DNA from: Carpediemonas membranifera BICM
Lineage: Eukaryota; Protista; Fornicata
Assembly: GCA_019828565.1 (NCBI GenBank)
Contig: JAHDYR010000001.1
Span: forward strand, 1 to 64,000
Reading direction: 5' to 3'
DNA: 64,000 bases
The translations under genes were made by a program, and so were the position numbers. A model generated the notes under the pieces. The model was given only the letters and a program-made list of their open reading frames with translations, made no database searches and was not told the DNA's origin. Shown piece by piece: positions 1 through 15,000 of this stretch; the first letter of the stretch is position 1; every line of letters starts with the position of its first letter.

Positions 1-3000
1 AAACTGATTGGCTGGCTGCTTTAAATCATACCCGAGGGATCTAAAGGTATACTGTATACGCAGAGGTCAAATGCATCAACTGATTGACTTATGAAATGAC
101 GGTTCTGCCACTCACCGGAGTACAGCCGAAGCATCCTAGATTAATGAGGTGCCAGCTGCCAGCGCTCGCGATTAAGCCAATCTCCAGCGATAGCGTTCCT
201 GGCGCTCGTTGCGCGGGTCGTGCCCACATTTTCGAAAGTGGTCGCTGGAAAGAAATCACTGAGCTGCGGATCGCCCCGGACATGATACTGTGGCTTAATC
301 GCCGGGCTCTAGTATGCACTATACGCAGAGGCGCAGGAGTCCCCCAAATGCATCCAGCTGATTCGGCTCTGCGCAAAATGCATGTCGTTTTCTTGCCTCG
401 CGCTTGCCTGAGCTGCGGCATGCGAGATCGCTGCGTGCCTGGCTGGCGCTCGCTGGTCGACCAATCTCCGGCGAGTAAGCGTTCCAACTCGTTGCGCTGG
501 GTCGTGCCCGACACCGAAGTGGAATGCCCGCGGAATCACGAGCCTAGGATGCCCGATAATGTCGACTTAATCGCCAGGGCTCTGGTATGCTATGCCGGGC
601 GCCGGAGTCAAATCGCATCAACGATTGACGCGAAGGCAAAACTGTTTTGGTTTCTGCCACTCACCCGCCTGAGACTGGTGGCATCCCTGAATCGCTAGTG
701 CCTAGCTGGCGCTCGCGGTCGCCATCTTTCCGGCGATAAAGCGTTCAACTCGTTACTGGGTCGTGCCATTTTCGAAGTGGTCATACCTGGAAATCGCGAG
801 CTGGGATGCGGACTAATGTCTGCCTTAATCGCCAGGGCTCCTGGTATACTATGCGCAGGGCGCTGAAGTCAAGTCATCTGGCTGATTGAGGCTTATAGAA
901 ATGGCGTTTTGCGGTTTCTGCCCACTCACCCGCCACCAGGAGCTACAGTCAGCACATCCCTAGATCGCTGGTGCCTGGCTGCTGGCGCTCGCGATTAAAG
1001 CCAATCTCCGGCGATAGCGTTCAGCTCGTTGCGCTGGGTCGTGCTTTCGCATTTTGCCGAGTGGTCGCCCTGGAATCACGAGCAGCGGAATGCGGACTAG
1101 TCCATGTCTGGCCCAATCGCCAGGGCTCCTATAGCCATACTATGCGCTTAAGGAGTGAAGCGAGTCCCAAATGCATCCAACTGGTTGGCTCATGAAAATG
1201 GCGCGATTTCTGCCACTCACCCGCCTGAGGCCTGATCAGTCTGACTTTTATCCCCTAGATCGCTGGTGCCTGTAGCCCAAGCGCTCGCGGTCAGCCAAAT
1301 CTCCGGCGGTGGCGTTCCAACTCGTTGCGCACCAGGGTCGTGCCGATGCTGCGAGAGTGAGGTCGCCCTGAGAAATCGACGGCGGGATGCTTGGAACTAA
1401 TGTCTGAAACGGCTGTCGCCAGCGACTCCTGGTATAGCTCTTGCCACGCAAGGGCTGGGAGTCCTAAAATGCATCAGCTGATTGACTTATGAGAAATGAG
1501 CATTTTGCAGTTTCTGCCACTCTCACCCGCCTGGGGAGCTACCGATCGGCGCATCCCTGGATCGCTGGTGCCGCCCGCTGGCGCTCGCGTCAGCCAATCT
1601 GCGGCGATTAGCGTTCCAGCTCGTTGCGCTGGGTCGTTGCCATTTGTTTCCGAAAGTTGGTCGCCCACGAAAATCACATGGCTTCGGGATCACTCGGACT
1701 AATGTCTGGCTTGATCTTCAGGGCTCCTAGTATACTATACGCAGAGAGCGCGGAGGTCCCCAAATGCCATCCAGCTGAGTTGACTTGTGAGAAAGTGGCA
1801 TTTTTGATTTCTGCCTCTCACCGCCTAGCAGGGCTACGGTCAGCGCGTCCCCTAGATCTCACGCTGGTGCCTGGCTGGCGCTCGCCTTGTAAAGCGAAAT
1901 CTCCCGGCGATGGCGTTCAACTCGTTTGCGCTGGAGTCGTGCCCATTTACCGAGAGAGTGGTCGCTACAGAAATCACGAGAGAAACTGGGATGCCCCGGA
2001 CTAATCAATGCGTAGGCAATCGCCAGGGCTCCTAGTATACGCTGTCACGCAAGGGCGCAGAGTCCCCAAATGCATCAGCTGATTGACTTATGAAAATGAC
2101 GTTTTGATTTCTGCCACTCGCACGCCCGCCTGCCAAGGGCGCTGCAGTCGGCACATCCCTAGATCGCTGGTGCCTAGCTAAGCGCTCGCGATTCAGCCAA
2201 TCTCTGCCGGCGATGGCGTTCCCAGCTCGTTGCGCTGGGTCGTGCGGGCATGAGCGAGAAGTGGTCGCCCCTGGAAATCACGAGGCTGGGATGCCCCGGA
2301 CTAATGTCTGCGAAGCTTAATCGCCGGGGCTCGTATACTATACGCAGAGCGCCCGGAGTCCCCAAAATGCGTCAGCGATTTGACCTATGAAAATGCCGTG
2401 TCTGCCCTGCGCCGCCACTAGGGAGCCTGATCGTCAGCATCCCTAGATCGCTGAGTGCCCTGCTGCGCGCTCGCGCGCGGTCATATCTCCCACGGCGATG
2501 GCGTTGGCGCTCGTTGCGCTTCAGGTGCGTGCCCGACTCGAAAGTATGGTCGCCCTGAAATCGCGAGCTGGGATGCGGACTATATCGGAGGCTAGCAGCG
2601 TACTCGCGCCGGGATACTATGCGCAGGAGGCGCGGAGTCGGTAGCCATCAGCTGATTGACTTATGAAAATGACATTTTTGATTTCTGCCACTCACCCGCC
2701 TGGGGAGCTACGGTCGAGCGCATCCCTAAGATCATGAGTGCCTAGCTGGCGCTCGCGATTAAGCCAATCTCCGGCGATGGCGTTCAGCTCGTTGCGCTGG
2801 GTCGTGCCCACTCGAAAGTGGTCGCCTGAAATCACGAGCTGGGATAGCACGAGACTAATGTCTGGCTTGTCGCCAGGGCTCTAGTATACTATGCGCAGAG
2901 GCGCGGAGTCCCCCCAAATGCATCAACTGATTGACTTATGAAAATGACACTGATTTCTGCCACTCACCCGCCTGGGGAGCTACAGTCGGCACATCCCCTG

Positions 3001-6000
3001 AATCGCTGGTGCTAGCTGGCGCTCGCGATTAAACAATCTCCCGGCGATGGCGATTCCAGCGCTCGTTGCGCTGGGTCGGTAGCGCGCATTTTTCGAGAGT
3101 GGTCGCACCGAAAATCACGAAGGCGGGATGCTATGGACTGTCTGGCTTAGAAATCGCCAGGGCTCCTAGTATATTATACTTGCCAGGCGCGGAGTCTAGG
3201 ATGCATCAGCTGCGATTGAAGCTTATGAAAAGTGAGCATTTTGATTTTCACGCCCTCACTGCCGCACTGGGAGCTTCAGTCGGCACATCCCTAGATCGCT
3301 TCGAATTGCCCATAGCCTAGCTGTCGCGGTCAGCCAATCTCCCGGCGATAGCGTTCCAACTCGTTGCGCTGGGTCGTGCCCATTTTTCGAAAGTGGTCGC
3401 CCCTGAAATCACGAGCTGGGATGCCCCGGACTAATGTCTGGCTTAATCGCCAGGGCTCCTAGTATACTATACGCAGAGGCGCGGAGTCCCCCCAAATGCA
3501 TCAACTGATTGACTTGTAGAAATGACATTTTTGATTTCTGCCACTCACCCGCCTGGGGAGCTGCAGTCGGCACATCCCTAGATCGCTGAGTGCCTAGCTA
3601 GCGCTCGCGGTCAAGCCAATCTCCGGCGATGGCGTTCCAGCTCGTTGCGCTGGGTCGTGCCCATTTTTCGAAAGTGGTCGCCCCTGAAATCACGAGCTGG
3701 GATGCCCCGGACTAATGTCTGGCTTAATCGCCAGGGCTCCTAGTATACTATACGCAGAGGCGCGGAGTCCCCCAAATGCATCAACTGATTGACTTATGAG
3801 AAATGACATTTTTGATTTCTGCCACTCACCCGCCTGGGGAGCTACAGTCGGCACATCCCCTAGATCGCTGAGTGCCTAGCTAGCGCTCGCGGTCAAGCCA
3901 ATCTCCCGGCGATAGCGTTCCAACTCGTTGCGCTGGGTCGTGCCCATTTTTCGAAAGTGGTCGCCCCTGGAAATCACGAGCTGGGATGCTTTGGACTAAT
4001 GTCTGGCTTAATCGCCAGGGCTCCTAGTATACTATGCGCAGGGGCGCGGAGTCCCCCAAATGCATCAACTGATTGACTTGTAGAAATGACATTTTTGATT
4101 TCTGCCACTCACCCGCCTGGGGAGCTACAGTCGGCACATCCCTAGATCGCTGAGTGCCTAGCTAGCGCTCGCGGTCAAGCCAATCTCCCGGCGTGGCGTT
4201 CCAACTCGTTGCGCTGGGTCGTGCCCATTTTTCGAAAGTGGTCGCCCCTGAAATCACGAGCTGGGATGCCCCGGACTAATGTCACGAAGCCCAATCGCCA
4301 GGGCTCCTAGTATACTATACGCAGAGGCGCGGAGTCCCCCAAATGCATCAACTGATTGACTTATGAGAAATGACATTTTTTGATTTCTGCCACTCACCCG
4401 CCTGGGGAGGCTACAGTCGGCACATCCCTAGATCGCTAGTGCCTAGCTAGCGCTCGCGGTCAAGCCAATCTCCCGGCGATGGCGTTCAACTCGTTGCGCT
4501 GGGTCGTGCCCATTTTTCGAAAGTGGTCGCCCCTGAAATCACGAGCTGGGATGCCCCGGACTAATAATACGGCTTAATCGCCAGAACTCCTAGTATACTA
4601 TACGCAGAGGCGCGGAGTCCCCCAAATGCATCAACTGATTGACTTATGAAATGACATTTTTGATTTCTGCCACTCACCCGCCGCAGGGGCTACAGTCGGC
4701 ACATCCCTAGATCGCTAGTGCCTAGCTAGCGCTCGCGGTCAAGCCAATCTCCCGGCGATGGCGTTCCAACTCGTTGCGCTGGGTCGTGCCCATTTTTCGA
4801 AAGTGGTCGCCCCTGAAATCACGAGCTGGGATGCCCCCGGACTAATGTCTGGCTTAATCGCCAGGGCTCCTAGTATACTATACGCAGAGGCGCGGAGTCC
4901 CCCAAATGCATCAACTGATTGACTTATGAGAAATGACATTTTTGATTTCTGCCACTCCACCCGCCTGGGGAGGCTACAGTCGGCACATCCCTAGATCGCT
5001 GAGTGCCTGGCTAGCGCTCGCGGTCAAGCCAATCTCCCGGCGATAGCGTTCCAACTCGTTGCGCTGGGTCGTGCCCATTTTCGAAAGTGGTCGCCCCTGA
5101 AATCACGAGCTGGGATGCCCCGGACTAATGTCTGGCTTAATCGCCAGGGCTCCTAGTATACTATACGCAGGGCGCGGAGTCCCCCCAAATGCATCAACTG
5201 ATTGACTTATGAGAAATGACATTTTTGAGTTTCTGCCCACTCACCCGCCTGGGGAGCTACAGTCGGCACATCCCCTAGATCGCTGGTGCCTAGCTAGCGC
5301 TCGCGATTAAGCCAATCTCCCGGCGATAGCGTTCAACTCGTTGCGCTGGGTCGTGCCCATTTTTCGAAAGTGGTCGCCCCTGAAATCACGAGCTGGGATG
5401 CCCCGGACTAATGTCAAAGCTTAATCCTTGGGGCTCCTAGTATACTATACGCAGAGGCGCGGAGTCCCCCAAATGCATCAACTGATTGACTTATGAGAAA
5501 TGACATTTTTGATTTCTGCCACTCACCCGCCTGGGGAGCTACAGTCGGCACATCCCCTAGATCGCTAGTGCCTAGCTAGCGCTCGCGGTCAAGCCAATCT
5601 CCCGGCGATAGCGTTCCAACTCGTTGCGCTGGGTCGTGCCCATTTTTTCGAAAGTGGTCGCCCCTGAAATCACGAGCTGGGATGCCCCGGACTAATGTCT
5701 GGCTTAATCGCCAGGGCTCCTAGTATACTATACGCAGAGGCGCGGAGTCCCCCCAAATGCATCAACTGATTGACTTATGAGAAATGACATTTTTTGATTT
5801 CTGCCACTCACCCGCCTGGGGAGCTGCAGTCGGCACATCCCTAGATCGCTGGTGCCTAGCTAGCGCTCGCGGTCAAAGCCAATCTCCCGGCGATGGCGTT
5901 CCAACTCGTTGCGCTGGGTCGTGCCCATTTTTCGAAAGTGGTCGCCCCTGGAAATCACGAGCTGGGATGCCCCGGACTAATGTCTGGCTTAATCGCCGGG

Positions 6001-9000
6001 GCTCTAGTATACTATACGCAGAGGCGCGGAGTCCCCCAAATGCATCAACTGATTGACTTATGAGAAATGACATTTTTGAGTTTCTGCCACTCACCCGCCT
6101 GGGGAGCTACAGTCGGCACATCCCTAGATCGCTGGTGCCTAGCTAGCGCTCGCGGTCAAGCCAATCTCCCGGCGATAGCGTTCCAACTCGTTGCGCTGGG
6201 TCGTGCCCATTTTTCGAAAGTGGTCGCCCCTGAAATCACGAGCTGGGATGCCCCGGACTAATGTCTGGCTTAATCGCCAGGGCTCCTAGTATACTATACG
6301 CAGAGGCGCGGAGTCCCCCCAAATGCATCAACTGATTGACTTATGAAAATGACATTTTTGATTTCTGCCACTCACCCGCCTGGGGAGCTACAGTCGGCAC
6401 ATCCCTAGATCGCTAGTGCCTAGCTAGCGCTCGCGGTCAAGCCAATCTCCCGGCGATAGCGTTCCAACTCGTTGCGCTGGGTCGTGCCCATTTTTCGAAA
6501 GTGGTCGCCCCTGAAATCACGAGCTGGGATGCCCCGGACTAATGTCTGGCTTAATCGCCAGGGCTCCTAGTATACTATACGCAGAGGCGCGGAGTCCCCC
6601 CAAATGCATCAACTGATTGACTTATGAAAATGACATTTTTGATTTCTGCCACTCACCCGCCTGGGGAGCTACAGTCGGCACATCCCTAGATCGCTAGTGC
6701 CTAGCTAGCGCTCGCGGTCGTAATCTCCCGGCGATAGCGTTCCAACTCGTTGCGCTGGGTCGTGCCCATTTTTCGAAAGTGGTCGCCCCTGAAATCACGA
6801 GCTGGGATGCCCCGGACTAATGTCTGGCTTAATCGCCAGGGCTCCTAGTATACTATACGCAGAGGCGCGGAGTCCCCCCAAATGCATCAACTGATTGACT
6901 TATGAAAATGACATTTTTGATTTCTGCCACTCACCCGCCTGGGGAGCTACAGTCGGCACATCCCTAGATCGCTAGTGCCTAGCTAGCGCTCGCGGTCAAG
7001 CCAATCTCCCGGCGATAGCGTTCCAACTCGTTGCGCTGGGTCGTGCCCATTTTTCGAAAGTGGTCGCCCCTGAAATCACGAGCTGGGATGCCCCGGACTA
7101 ATGTCTGGCTTAATCGCCAGGGCTCCTAGTATACTATACGCAGAGGCGCGGAGTCCCCCCAAATGCATCAACTGATTGACTTATGAAAATGACATTTTTG
7201 ATTTCTGCCACTCACCCGCCTGGGGAGCTACAGTCGGCACATCCCTAGATCGCTAGTGCCTAGCTAGCGCTCGCGGTCAAAGCCAATCTCCCGGCGATAG
7301 CGTTCCAACTCGTTGCGCTGGGTCGTGCCCATTTTTTCGAAAGTGGTCGCCCCTGAAATCACGAGCTGGGATGCCCCGGACTAATGTCTGGCTTAATCGC
7401 CAGGGCTCCTAGTATACTATACGCAGAGGCGCGGAGTCCCCCAAATGCATCAACTGATTGACTTATGAAAATGACATTTTTGATTTCTGCCACTCACCCG
7501 CCTGGGGAGCTACAGTCGGCACATCCCCTAGATCGCTAGTGCCTAGCTAGCGCTCGCGATTAAACCAATCTCCCGGCGATAGCGTTCCAACTCGTTGCGC
7601 TGGGTCGTGCCCATTTTTCGAAAGTGGTCGCCCCTGAAATCACGAGCTGGGATGCCCCGGACTAATGTCTGGCTTAATCGCCAGGGCTCCTAGTATACTA
7701 TACGCAGAGGCGCGGAGTCCCCCAAATGCATCAACTGATTGACTTATGAAAATGACATTTTTTTGATTTCTGCCACTCACCCGCCTGGGGGAGCTACAGT
7801 CGGCACATCCCTAGATCGCTGAGTGCCTAGCTAGCGCTCGCGGTCAAAGCCAATCTCCCGGCGATAGCGTTCCAACTCGTTGCGCTGGGTCGTGCCCATT
7901 TTTCGAAAGTGGTCGCCCCTGAAATCACGAGCTGGGATGCCCCGGACTAATGTCTGGCTTAATCGCCAGGGCTCCTAGTATACTATACGCAGAGGCGCGG
8001 AGTCCCCCAAATGCATCAACTGATTGACTTATGAAAATGACATTTTTTTGATTTCTGCCACTCACCCGCCTGGGGGAGCTACAGTCGGCACATCCCCTAG
8101 ATCGCTAGTGCCTAGCTAGCGCTCGCGATTAAGCCAATCTCCCGGCGATAGCGTTCCAACTCGTTGCGCTGGGTCGTGCCCATTTTTCGAAAGTGGTCGC
8201 CCCTGAAATCACGAGCTGGGATGCCCCGGACTAATGTCTGGCTTAATCGCCAGGGCTCTAGTATACTATACGCAGAGGCGCGGAGTCCCCCAAATGCATC
8301 AACTGATTGACTTATGAAAATGACATTTTTTTGATTTCTGCCACTCACCCGCCTGGGGAGCTACAGTCGGCACATCCCCTAGATCGCTGAGTGCCTAGCT
8401 GGCGCTCGCGATTAAGCCAATCTCCCGGCGATAGCGTTCCAACTCGTTGCGCTGGGTCGTGCCCATTTTTCGAAAGTGGTCGCCCCTGAAATCACGAGCT
8501 GGGATGCCCCGGACTAATGTCTGGCTTAATCGCCAGGGCTCCTAGTATACTATACGCAGAGGCGCGGAGTCCCCAAATGCATCAACTGATTGACTTATGA
8601 AATGACATTTTTGATTTCTGCCACTCACCCGCCTGGGGGAGCTACAGTCGGCACATCCCTAGATCGCTGGTGCCTGGCTAGCGCTCGCGATTAAGCCAAT
8701 CTCCCGGCGATAGCGTTCCAACTCGTTGCGCTGGGTCGTGCCCATTTTTTTCGAAAGTGGTCGCCCCTGAAATCACGAGCTGGGATGCCCCGGACTAATG
8801 TCTGGCTTAATCGCCAGGGGCTCCTAGTATACTATACGCAGAGGCGCGGAGTCCCCCAAATGCATCAACTGATTGACTTATGAAATGACATTTTTGATTT
8901 CTGCCACTCACCCGCCTGGGGAGCTACAGTCGGCACATCCCCTAGATCGCTGAGTGCCTAGCTAGCGCTCGCGGTCAAGCCAATCTCCCGGCGATAGCGT

Positions 9001-12000
9001 TCCAACTCGTTGCGCTGGGTCGTGCCCATTTTTTTCGAAAGTGGTCGCCCCTGAAATCACGAGCTGGGATGCCCCGGACTAATGTCTGGCTTAATCGCCA
9101 GGGCTCCTAGTATACTATACGCAGAGGCGCGGAGTCCCCCAAATGCATCAACTGATTGACTTATGAAAATGACATTTTTTTGATTTCTGCCACTCACCCG
9201 CCTGGGGAGCTACAGTCGGCACATCCCCTAGATCGCTAGTGCCTAGCTAGCGCTCGCGATTAAAGCCAATCTCCCGGCGATAGCGTTCCAACTCGTTGCG
9301 CTGGGTCGTGCCCATTTTTCGAAAGTGGTCGCCCCTGAAATCACGAGCTGGGATGCCCCGGACTAATGTCTGGCTTAATCGCCAGGGCTCCTAGTATACT
9401 ATACGCAGAGGCGCGGAGTCCCCAAATGCATCAACTGATTGACTTATGAAAATGACATTTTTTTGATTTCTGCCACTCACCCGCCTGGGGAGCTACAGTC
9501 GGCACATCCCTAGATCGCTGGTGCCTAGCTAGCGCTCGCGATTAAGCCAATCTCCCGGCGATAGCGTTCCAGCTCGTTGCGCTGGGTCGTGCCCATTTTT
9601 TTCGAAAGTGGTCGCCCCTGAAATCACGAGCTGGGATGCCCCGGACTAATGTCTGGCTTAATCGCCAGGGCTCCTAGTATACTATACGCAGAGGCGCGGA
9701 GTCCCCCAAATGCATCAACTGATTGACTTATGAAAATGACATTTTTTTGATTTCTGCCACTCACCCGCCTGGGGAGCTACAGTCGGCACATCCCTAGATC
9801 GCTAGTGCCTAGCTAGCGCTCGCGGTCAAGCCAATCTCCCGGCGATAGCGTTCCAACTCGTTGCGCTGGGTCGTGCCCATTTTTTCGAAAGTGGTCGCCC
9901 CTGAAATCACGAGCTGGGATGCCCCGGACTAATGTCTGGCTTAATCGCCAGGGGCTCCTAGTATACTATACGCAGAGGCGCGGAGTCCCCCAAATGCATC
10001 AACTGATTGACTTATGAAAATGACATTTTTTTGATTTCTGCCACTCACCCGCCTGGGGAGCTACAGTCGGCACATCCCCTAGATCGCTGGTGCCTAGCTA
10101 GCGCTCGCGATTAAGCCAATCTCCCGGCGATAGCGTTCCAACTCGTTGCGCTGGGTCGTGCCCATTTTTCGAAAGTGGTCGCCCCTGGGAAATCACGAGG
10201 CTGGGATGCCCCGGACTAATGTCTGGCTTAATCGCCAGGGGCTCCTAGTATACTATACGCAGAGGCGCGGAGTCCCCCAAATGCATCAACTGATTGACTT
10301 ATGAAATGACATTTTTGATTTCTGCCACTCACCCGCCTGGGGAGCTACAGTCGGCACATCCCTAGATCGCTGGTGCCTAGCTAGCGCTCGCGATTAAGCC
10401 AATCTCCCGGCGATAGCGTTCCAACTCGTTGCGCTGGGTCGTGCCCATTTTTCGAAAGTGGTCGCCCCTGAAATCACGAGCTGGGATGCCCCGGACTAAT
10501 GTCTGGCTTAATCGCCAGGGGCTCCTAGTATACTATACGCAGAGGCGCGGAGTCCCCCAAATGCATCAACTGATTGACTTATGAAAATGACATTTTTGAT
10601 TTCTGCCACTCACCCGCCTGGGGAGCTACAGTCGGCACATCCCTAGATCGCTGAGTGCCTAGCTAGCGCTCGCGGTCAAAGCCAATCTCCCGGCGATAGC
10701 GTTCCAACTCGTTGCGCTGGGTCGTGCCCATTTTTTTCGAAAGTGGTCGCCCCTGAAATCACGAGCTGGGATGCCCCGGACTAATGTCTGGCTTAATCGC
10801 CAGGGCTCCTAGTATACTATACGCAGAGGCGCGGAGTCCCCCAAATGCATCAACTGATTGACTTATGAAATGACATTTTTGATTTCTGCCACTCACCCGC
10901 CTGGGGAGCTACAGTCGGCACATCCCTAGATCGCTAGTGCCTAGCTAGCGCTCGCGGTCAAGCCAATCTCCCGGCGATAGCGTTCCAACTCGTTGCGCTG
11001 GGTCGTGCCCATTTTTTCGAAAGTGGTCGCCCCTGAAATCACGAGCTGGGATGCCCCGGACTAATGTCTGGCTTAATCGCCAGGGCTCCTAGTATACTAT
11101 ACGCAGAGGCGCGGAGTCCCCCAAATGCATCAACTGATTGACTTATGAAAATGACATTTTTTTGATTTCTGCCACTCACCCGCCTGGGGAGCTACAGTCG
11201 GCACATCCCTAGATCGCTAGTGCCTAGCTAGCGCTCGCGATTAAGCCAATCTCCCGGCGATAGCGTTCCAACTCGTTGCGCTGGGTCGTGCCCATTTTTT
11301 CGAAAGTGGTCGCCCCTGAAATCACGAGCTGGGATGCCCCGGACTAATGTCTGGCTTAATCGCCAGGGCTCTAGTATACTATACGCAGAGGCGCGGAGTC
11401 CCCCAAATGCATCAACTGATTGACTTATGAAAATGACATTTTTTTGATTTCTGCCACTCACCCGCCTGGGGAGCTACAGTCGGCACATCCCTAGATCGCT
11501 GAGTGCCTAGCTAGCGCTCGCGGTCAAAGCCAATCTCCCGGCGATAGCGTTCCAACTCGTTGCGCTGGGTCGTGCCCATTTTTTTCGAAAGTGGTCGCCC
11601 CTGAAATCACGAGCTGGGATGCCCCGGACTAATGTCTGGCTTAATCGCCAGGGGCTCCTAGTATACTATACGCAGAGGCGCGGAGTCCCCCAAATGCATC
11701 AACTGATTGACTTATGAAAATGACATTTTTTTGATTTCTGCCCACTCACCCGCCTGGGGAGCTACAGTCGGCACATCCCTAGATCGCTAGTGCCTAGCTA
11801 GCGCTCGCGATTAAGCCAATCTCCCGGCGATAGCGTTCCAACTCGTTGCGCTGGGTCGTGCCCATTTTTTTCGAAAGTGGTCGCCCCTGAAATCACGAGC
11901 TGGGATGCCCCGGACTAATGTCTGGCTTAATCGCCAGGGCTCCTAGTATACTATACGCAGAGGCGCGGAGTCCCCCAAATGCATCAACTGATTGACTTAT

Positions 12001-15000
12001 GAAAATGACATTTTTGATTTCTGCCACTCACCCGCCTGGGGGAGCTACAGTCGGCACATCCCTAGATCGCTAGTGCCTAGCTAGCGCTCGCGATCAAAGC
12101 CAATCTCCCGGCGATAGCGTTCCAACTCGTTGCGCTGGGTCGTGCCCATTTTTTTCGAAAGTGGTCGCCCCTGAAATCACGAGCTGGGATGCCCCGGACT
12201 AATGTCTGGCTTAATCGCCAGGGCTCCTAGTATACTATACGCAGAGGCGCGGAGTCCCCCAAATGCATCAACTGATTGACTTATGAAAATGACATTTTTT
12301 TGATTTCTGCCACTCACCCGCCTGGGGAGCTGCAGTCGGCACATCCCTAGATCGCTGGTGCCTAGCTAGCGCTCGCGATTAAGCCAATCTCCCGGCGATA
12401 GCGTTCCAACTCGTTGCGCTGGGTCGTGCCCATTTTTTTCGAAAGTGGTCGCCCCTGAAATCACGAGCTGGGATGCCCCGGACTAATGTCTGGCTTAATC
12501 GCCAGGGCTCCTAGTATACTATACGCAGAGGCGCGGAGTCCCCCAAATGCATCAACTGATTGACTTTATGAAATGACATTTTTTGATTTCTGCCACTCAC
12601 CCGCCTGGGGAGCTACAGTCGGCACATCCCCTAGATCGCTAGTGCCTAGCTAGCGCTCGCGATCAAAGCCAATCTCCCGGCGATAGCGTTCCAACTCGTT
12701 GCGCTGGGTCGTGCCCATTTTTTCGAAAGTGGTCGCCCCTGAAATCACGAGCTGGGATGCCCCGGACTAATGTCTGGCTTAATCGCCAGGGGCTCCTAGT
12801 ATACTATACGCAGAGGCGCGGAGTCCCCCAAATGCATCAACTGATTGACTTATGAAAATGACATTTTTTTGATTTCTGCCACTCACCCGCCTGGGGAGCT
12901 ACAGTCGGCACATCCCTAGATCGCTAGTGCCTAGCTAGCGCTCGCGATTAAGCCAATCTCCCGGCGATAGCGTTCCAACTCGTTGCGCTGGGTCGTGCCC
13001 ATTTTTCGAAAGTGGTCGCCCCTGAAATCACGAGCTGGGATGCCCCGGACTAATGTCTGGCTTAATCGCCAGGGGCTCCTAGTATACTATACGCAGAGGC
13101 GCGGAGTCCCCAAATGCATCAACTGATTGACTTATGAAAATGACATTTTTTTGATTTCTGCCACTCACCCGCCTGGGGAGCTACAGTCGGCACATCCCCT
13201 AGATCGCTAGTGCCTAGCTAGCGCTCGCGGTCAAGCCAATCTCCCGGCGATAGCGTTCCAACTCGTTGCGCTGGGTCGTGCCCATTTTTTTCGAAAGTGG
13301 TCGCCCCTGAAATCACGAGCTGGGATGCCCCGGACTAATGTCTGGCTTAATCGCCAGGGGCTCCTAGTATACTATACGCAGAGGCGCGGAGTCCCCCAAA
13401 TGCATCAACTGATTGACTTATGAAAATGACATTTTTTTGATTTCTGCCACTCACCCGCCTGGGGAGCTACAGTCGGCACATCCCTAGATCGCTAGTGCCT
13501 AGCTAGCGCTCGCGATTAAGCCAATCTCCCGGCGATAGCGTTCCAACTCGTTGCGCTGGGTCGTGCCCATTTTTCGAAAGTGGTCGCCCCTGAAATCACG
13601 AGCTGGGATGCCCCGGACTAATGTCTGGCTTAATCGCCAGGGCTCCTAGTATACTATACGCAGAGGCGCGGAGTCCCCAAATGCATCAACTGATTGACTT
13701 ATGAAAATGACATTTTTTTGATTTCTGCCACTCACCCGCCTGGGGAGCTACAGTCGGCACATCCCCTAGATCGCTAGTGCCTAGCTAGCGCTCGCGATTA
13801 AGCCAATCTCCCGGCGATAGCGTTCCAACTCGTTGCGCTGGGTCGTGCCCATTTTTCGAAAGTGGTCGCCCCTGAAATCACGAGCTGGGATGCCCCGGAC
13901 TAATGTCTGGCTTAATCGCCAGGGCTCCTAGTATACTATACGCAGAGGCGCGGAGTCCCCAAATGCATCAACTGATTGACTTTATGAAATGACATTTTTG
14001 ATTTCTGCCACTCACCCGCCTGGGGAGCTACAGTCGGCACATCCCTAGATCGCTAGTGCCTAGCTAGCGCTCGCGATCAAGCCAATCTCCCGGCGATAGC
14101 GTTCCAACTCGTTGCGCTGGGTCGTGCCCATTTTTCGAAAGTGGTCGCCCCTGAAATCACGAGCTGGGATGCCCCGGACTAATGTCTGGCTTAATCGCCA
14201 GGGCTCCTAGTATACTATACGCAGAGGCGCGGAGTCCCCCAAATGCATCAACTGATTGACTTATGAAAATGACATTTTTGATTTCTGCCACTCACCCGCC
14301 TGGGGGAGCTACAGTCGGCACATCCCCTAGATCGCTAGTGCCTAGCTAGCGCTCGCGATTAAAGCCAATCTCCCGGCGATAGCGTTCCAACTCGTTGCGC
14401 TGGGTCGTGCCCATTTTTTTCGAAAGTGGTCGCCCCTGAAATCACGAGCTGGGATGCCCCGGACTAATGTCTGGCTTAATCGCCAGGGCTCCTAGTATAC
14501 TATACGCAGAGGCGCGGAGTCCCCCAAATGCATCAACTGATTGACTTATGAAAATGACATTTTTGATTTCTGCCACTCACCCGCCTGGGGAGCTACAGTC
14601 GGCACATCCCCTAGATCGCTAGTGCCTAGCTAGCGCTCGCGGTCAAGCCAATCTCCCGGCGATAGCGTTCCAACTCGTTGCGCTGGGTCGTGCCCATTTT
14701 TCGAAAGTGGTCGCCCCTGAAATCACGAGCTGGGATGCCCCGGACTAATGTCTGGCTTAATCGCCAGGGCTCCCTAGTATACTATACGCAGAGGCGCGGA
14801 GTCCCCCAAATGCATCAACTGATTGACTTATGAAAATGACATTTTTTTGATTTCTGCCACTCACCCGCCTGGGGAGCTACAGTCGGCACATCCCCTAGAT
14901 CGCTAGTGCCTAGCTAGCGCTCGCGATTAAGCCAATCTCCCGGCGATAGCGTTCCAACTCGTTGCGCTGGGTCGTGCCCATTTTTTTCGAAAGTGGTCGC

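Noticed and set aside
1-5500. Apparent divergence gradient (old degenerate repeats) at the left end
   Set aside because: Random indels and A/G swaps rising toward base 1 are typical of low-coverage long-read consensus at a contig end.
84-11461. Short ORFs inside the satellite
   Set aside because: They appear only where indels remove stops and are not conserved between units. The clean copies have no ORF of 60 aa or more.
3300-14700. GCGGTCAAGCC vs GCGATTAAGCC subfamily, and T5/T7, C4-C6 run-length variants
   Set aside because: The GGTC form is confined to the noisier half and has intermediates (GATC). Homopolymer lengths are unreliable in long reads. A real variant or a base-modification signature cannot be excluded without raw reads.
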